DNA from: Alphaproteobacteria bacterium
GTDB taxonomy: Bacteria; Pseudomonadota; Alphaproteobacteria; MPNO01; UBA830
Length of the DNA stretch: 64,000 bases
Direction of reading: 5' to 3'
Assembly: GCA_965214975.1 (NCBI GenBank)
Contig: OZ244055.1
Coordinates: 523,314 to 587,313, forward strand
The translations under genes were made by a program, and so were the position numbers. Positions within the stretch are counted from its first letter, which is position 1. Each line of letters begins with the position of its first letter. The notes under the pieces were generated by a model that saw only the letters and a list, made by a program, of their open reading frames with translations, was not told where the DNA came from and did no database searches. Positions 61,326 to 64,000 of this stretch are shown one piece after another.

Positions 61326-62433
61326 GGCCGGCGGCGTTTCCCGAGGGTCGGTCGTTCCGAGGTTCCGTTCCGGCGCGGGCGCCGGAGCCGTCGTGCCGGG
61401 AGGTTTCCCGGTAGCGGCGGCGATGCGCCGCGACGCCGCCCCAGCGCGCGGACAGCGTCATGGCGCGTTTCAGAAAATAGCCGATGTCGTGCTCGTCGGT
61501 AAATCCGATGGCGCCGTGCATCTGGATCGCCGACTTGCACACCGCGAGCGTCCGCCCGGCGACGTGGGACAGCGTGGCCGACGCCAGGCCGGGGGCGTCC
61601 GCGCCGGCGTCGATCGCGCGCGCCGCCTGCCCGACCAGGGCGCGGCCGGTCTCGACGGCGGCGAGGTCGTCCACGGCGCGGTGCTGCAGCGCCTGGAACG
61701 ACCCGATGGGCCGGCCGAACTGGCGGCGGACCCTGAGATGGCCGAGCGCGAGCTCCCGGGCCGCGCCCATCACGCCGAGCAGCTCGGCGGCGGTCGCGAG
61801 GCACAGCGCCGCGAGAAGGGGCGCCGTCGGGCCCTCCGCGACCGGCCGCGCGGGGGCGTTCCGGAACACCACCCGCGCCGCCGTCGTGCCGTCGACCGCC
61901 CGGGCGGCGTCGATCCCGGCGTCGCGCCGCGCCGCGGCGGCCAGGATCTCGCCGTCCGGCGTGCGCGCGGACGCCACGAGGACGTTCGCGTCCCCGGCGG
62001 AGGCGACGCCGGTCTTGGCGCCGTCGAGGCGCAGCCCGTCGCCGTCCCGGACGGCCGTCGTCCGGTTGCGTCCGGGATCGTGGGACGCTTCGAGCAGGGC
62101 CGGCAGGACCACGGGGCCGCCGGTGTCCGCGAGAGGGAGCCCGCCACGGGCGACGGCGTCGCGCGCGATGGCCGCGGCGCCGACCGGCTCGGGCAGCAGG
62201 TGGCGGCCGCACTGCTCGGCGACCACGCAGACCCCGTCAAGACCGAGGCCGGCTCCGCCGCGGTCCTCGGGCAGCAGCATGTCGAGAAACCCCGCCTCGG
62301 CGGCCTCCCGCCAGGCCGCGGGCCGGGTCGCGCCGTCGCCGCGGCGCAGCCGCGCGGCGCCGCCGTGGTGCGCCGCGAACGCCGCCGCGCTGTCGCGCAG
62401 CATCCGGTTTTCATCCGGCGGCAGGGGAGCCAT
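61318..62433 (-). CDS. Acyl-CoA dehydrogenase family protein
   Basis: RRQFGRPIGSFQALQH and IQMHGAIGFTDEHD. Confidence 0.9.
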   Translation of the reverse strand: MAPLPPDENRMLRDSAAAFAAHHGGAARLRRGDGATRPAAWREAAEAGFLDMLLPEDRGGAGLGLDGVCVVAEQCGRHLLPEPVGAAAIARDAVARGGLPLADTGGPVVLPALLEASHDPGRNRTTAVRDGDGLRLDGAKTGVASAGDANVLVASARTPDGEILAAAARRDAGIDAARAVDGTTAARVVFRNAPARPVAEGPTAPLLAALCLATAAELLGVMGAARELALGHLRVRRQFGRPIGSFQALQHRAVDDLAAVETGRALVGQAARAIDAGADAPGLASATLSHVAGRTLAVCKSAIQMHGAIGFTDEHDIGYFLKRAMTLSARWGGVAAHRRRYRETSRHDGSGARAGTEPRNDRPSGNAAGHA

Positions 62434-63967
62434 CGGAAGGACCGGTTCTCGCGAGAGCGCGCTCGCGCAGTTCCGTCTTGACGATCTTGCCGGTGCTGTT
62501 GCGCGGAAGGGAGTCGACCGCGAACACCTGCCGGGGCTTCTTGTAGCTCGCGATCAGCGACCGGCAATGGGAGGCGAGTTCGCCGGCGGTCGCGGTCCGG
62601 CCGTCATCGAAGACCACGAAGGCGACGACGCGCTCGCCGAACTCGGGGTCGGGAGCGGGCACGACCGCGGCCTCCTTCACCGCCGGATGGCGTTCGAGCG
62701 CGTCCTCGACCTCGCGCGAGTAGACGTTGAGTCCGCCGGAGACGATCATGTCCCTGGCCCGGTCGGCGAAGTACAGGTAGCCCTCCTTGTCGAGCCGCCC
62801 GACGTCGCCGGTCACGAGCCAGTCCTCGTGGAAGGCTGCCTCGGTGGCTTCCGGATCGCGCCAGTACGCGCGCATCGTCATGGTTCCCGGGGGGCCGCAA
62901 CGCACCAGGATCTCCCCGGTCTCGCCGGCGGGGAGGTCGTTGCGCGCGGCGTCGACGATCCGGACCTCGACGCCGGGGACCGGCCGGCCGCAGGACTCCG
63001 GCCTGGCCTCCTGCTCGTCGGGGCGCAGGCAGGAGACGAAACCGGCCTCGGTCTGGGCGTAGAAGCTGTACAGCCCGAGCCCGGGAAGCGTCTCGGCGAG
63101 ACGCCGCTTGAGTTCCACCGGGAACACCTCGCCCGTGGCCACCATCTTTCGCAGCGTGCGGCAGGCCTCGGGGCGTCTCCCGATCTCCGGGAGCAGCATT
63201 CGGGCGATCGTCGGGACCAGGCCGACGACCGTGATCCGCTCCTCCTCGATCATGTCGACGCAGACTCCGGCGTCGAATTTCGCCATGACGACGACCGCGC
63301 AGCCGGCGCCGATGGCGTTGGCGAGGCGGCCGATTCCGGTGCGGTGGGCCATGGGCGTGGTCGCGAGAATCCGGTCGTCGGGCCGGAGCCCGAACTCGGA
63401 GACGTTGAGCAGGGCCCCGACGATTCCCATCGCGAGATGGGTGGTCACCGCGCCCTTGGGACGGCCGGTCGTGCCCGAGGTGTAGCCGATGAGGAGATCC
63501 TCGCAGCCGGCGGGCAACGGCGGCGGCGGCGCGGGGTCGCCCGATTCGACGAGGTCGCGGTGGGAGATCTCCCCGTCTCCGGCCTCGCCCGCGACCACCA
63601 GCAGCGGACTCCCGCGCCGCGCCGCCGCGCGGGCGGTTCCCCGACGGTCGGGGTCGAACAGCACGGCCGCGGGAGCGCAGTCGCCGAGAATGTAGTCGGC
63701 TTCCGCGGGCGCCAGCCGGGCGGGAATCGGGACGATGACGCCGCCGCACTTGGCGGTGCCCAGCATCGCCAGGATCAGCTCGACGCTGTTGGGCATGTAC
63801 ATGGCGACCCGGTCTCCGGGCTCCAGGCCCCGCGCGGCGAGGGCGTTGGCGACGCGGTTGGCGGCCCGGTCGAGGTCGCCGAAGCCGAAGCGCCGACCGT
63901 CGCACACCAGCGCCTCGCGGCCGGGGAAGCGCCGCGCGCCGTCGGCGAGCATCGCCCCGAGGTTCAT
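62411..63967 (-). CDS. AMP-binding acyl-CoA ligase
   Basis: YTSGTTGRPKG, YAQTE, TGD..D..GYLYFADR..DMIVSGG and PRNSTGK. Confidence 0.93.
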   Translation of the reverse strand: MNLGAMLADGARRFPGREALVCDGRRFGFGDLDRAANRVANALAARGLEPGDRVAMYMPNSVELILAMLGTAKCGGVIVPIPARLAPAEADYILGDCAPAAVLFDPDRRGTARAAARRGSPLLVVAGEAGDGEISHRDLVESGDPAPPPPLPAGCEDLLIGYTSGTTGRPKGAVTTHLAMGIVGALLNVSEFGLRPDDRILATTPMAHRTGIGRLANAIGAGCAVVVMAKFDAGVCVDMIEEERITVVGLVPTIARMLLPEIGRRPEACRTLRKMVATGEVFPVELKRRLAETLPGLGLYSFYAQTEAGFVSCLRPDEQEARPESCGRPVPGVEVRIVDAARNDLPAGETGEILVRCGPPGTMTMRAYWRDPEATEAAFHEDWLVTGDVGRLDKEGYLYFADRARDMIVSGGLNVYSREVEDALERHPAVKEAAVVPAPDPEFGERVVAFVVFDDGRTATAGELASHCRSLIASYKKPRQVFAVDSLPRNSTGKIVKTELRERALARTGPSDGSPAAG

Positions 63968-64000
63968 CGGCGCCCTCGGGCCCCGCCGCCGGCGCGGCGT

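Overview
Very GC-rich bacterial chromosome segment whose gene content (dnaN-recF-gyrB, gpsA-EVE-Rieske-acs, galU-ugd-pgm, TRAP transporters) looks alphaproteobacterial. From left to right it holds: (1) the end of a DUF4159/glutamine-amidotransferase-like membrane operon; (2) a decayed IS630 remnant and twin C14 tracts upstream of a ~10.7 kb repetitive adhesin/autotransporter gene; (3) an ~11 kb, lower-GC, partly decayed defence island (15.3-26.0 kb) with an internally deleted IS, a higA-mrr-MmeI-like operon, a HEPN-like + ParA/MinD-like ATPase pair, a Type IIG RM fragment, a frameshifted DUF3800 gene and other gene scraps; (4) housekeeping and catabolic genes, interrupted by an Rpn (PD-(D/E)XK) gene that is bracketed by ~115-bp direct repeats and has an apparent internal start. 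I saw no rRNA, tRNA or CRISPR array. All calls come from motif recognition by eye, with no database searches. Several single-base frameshifts lie in short homopolymers and may be sequencing errors.
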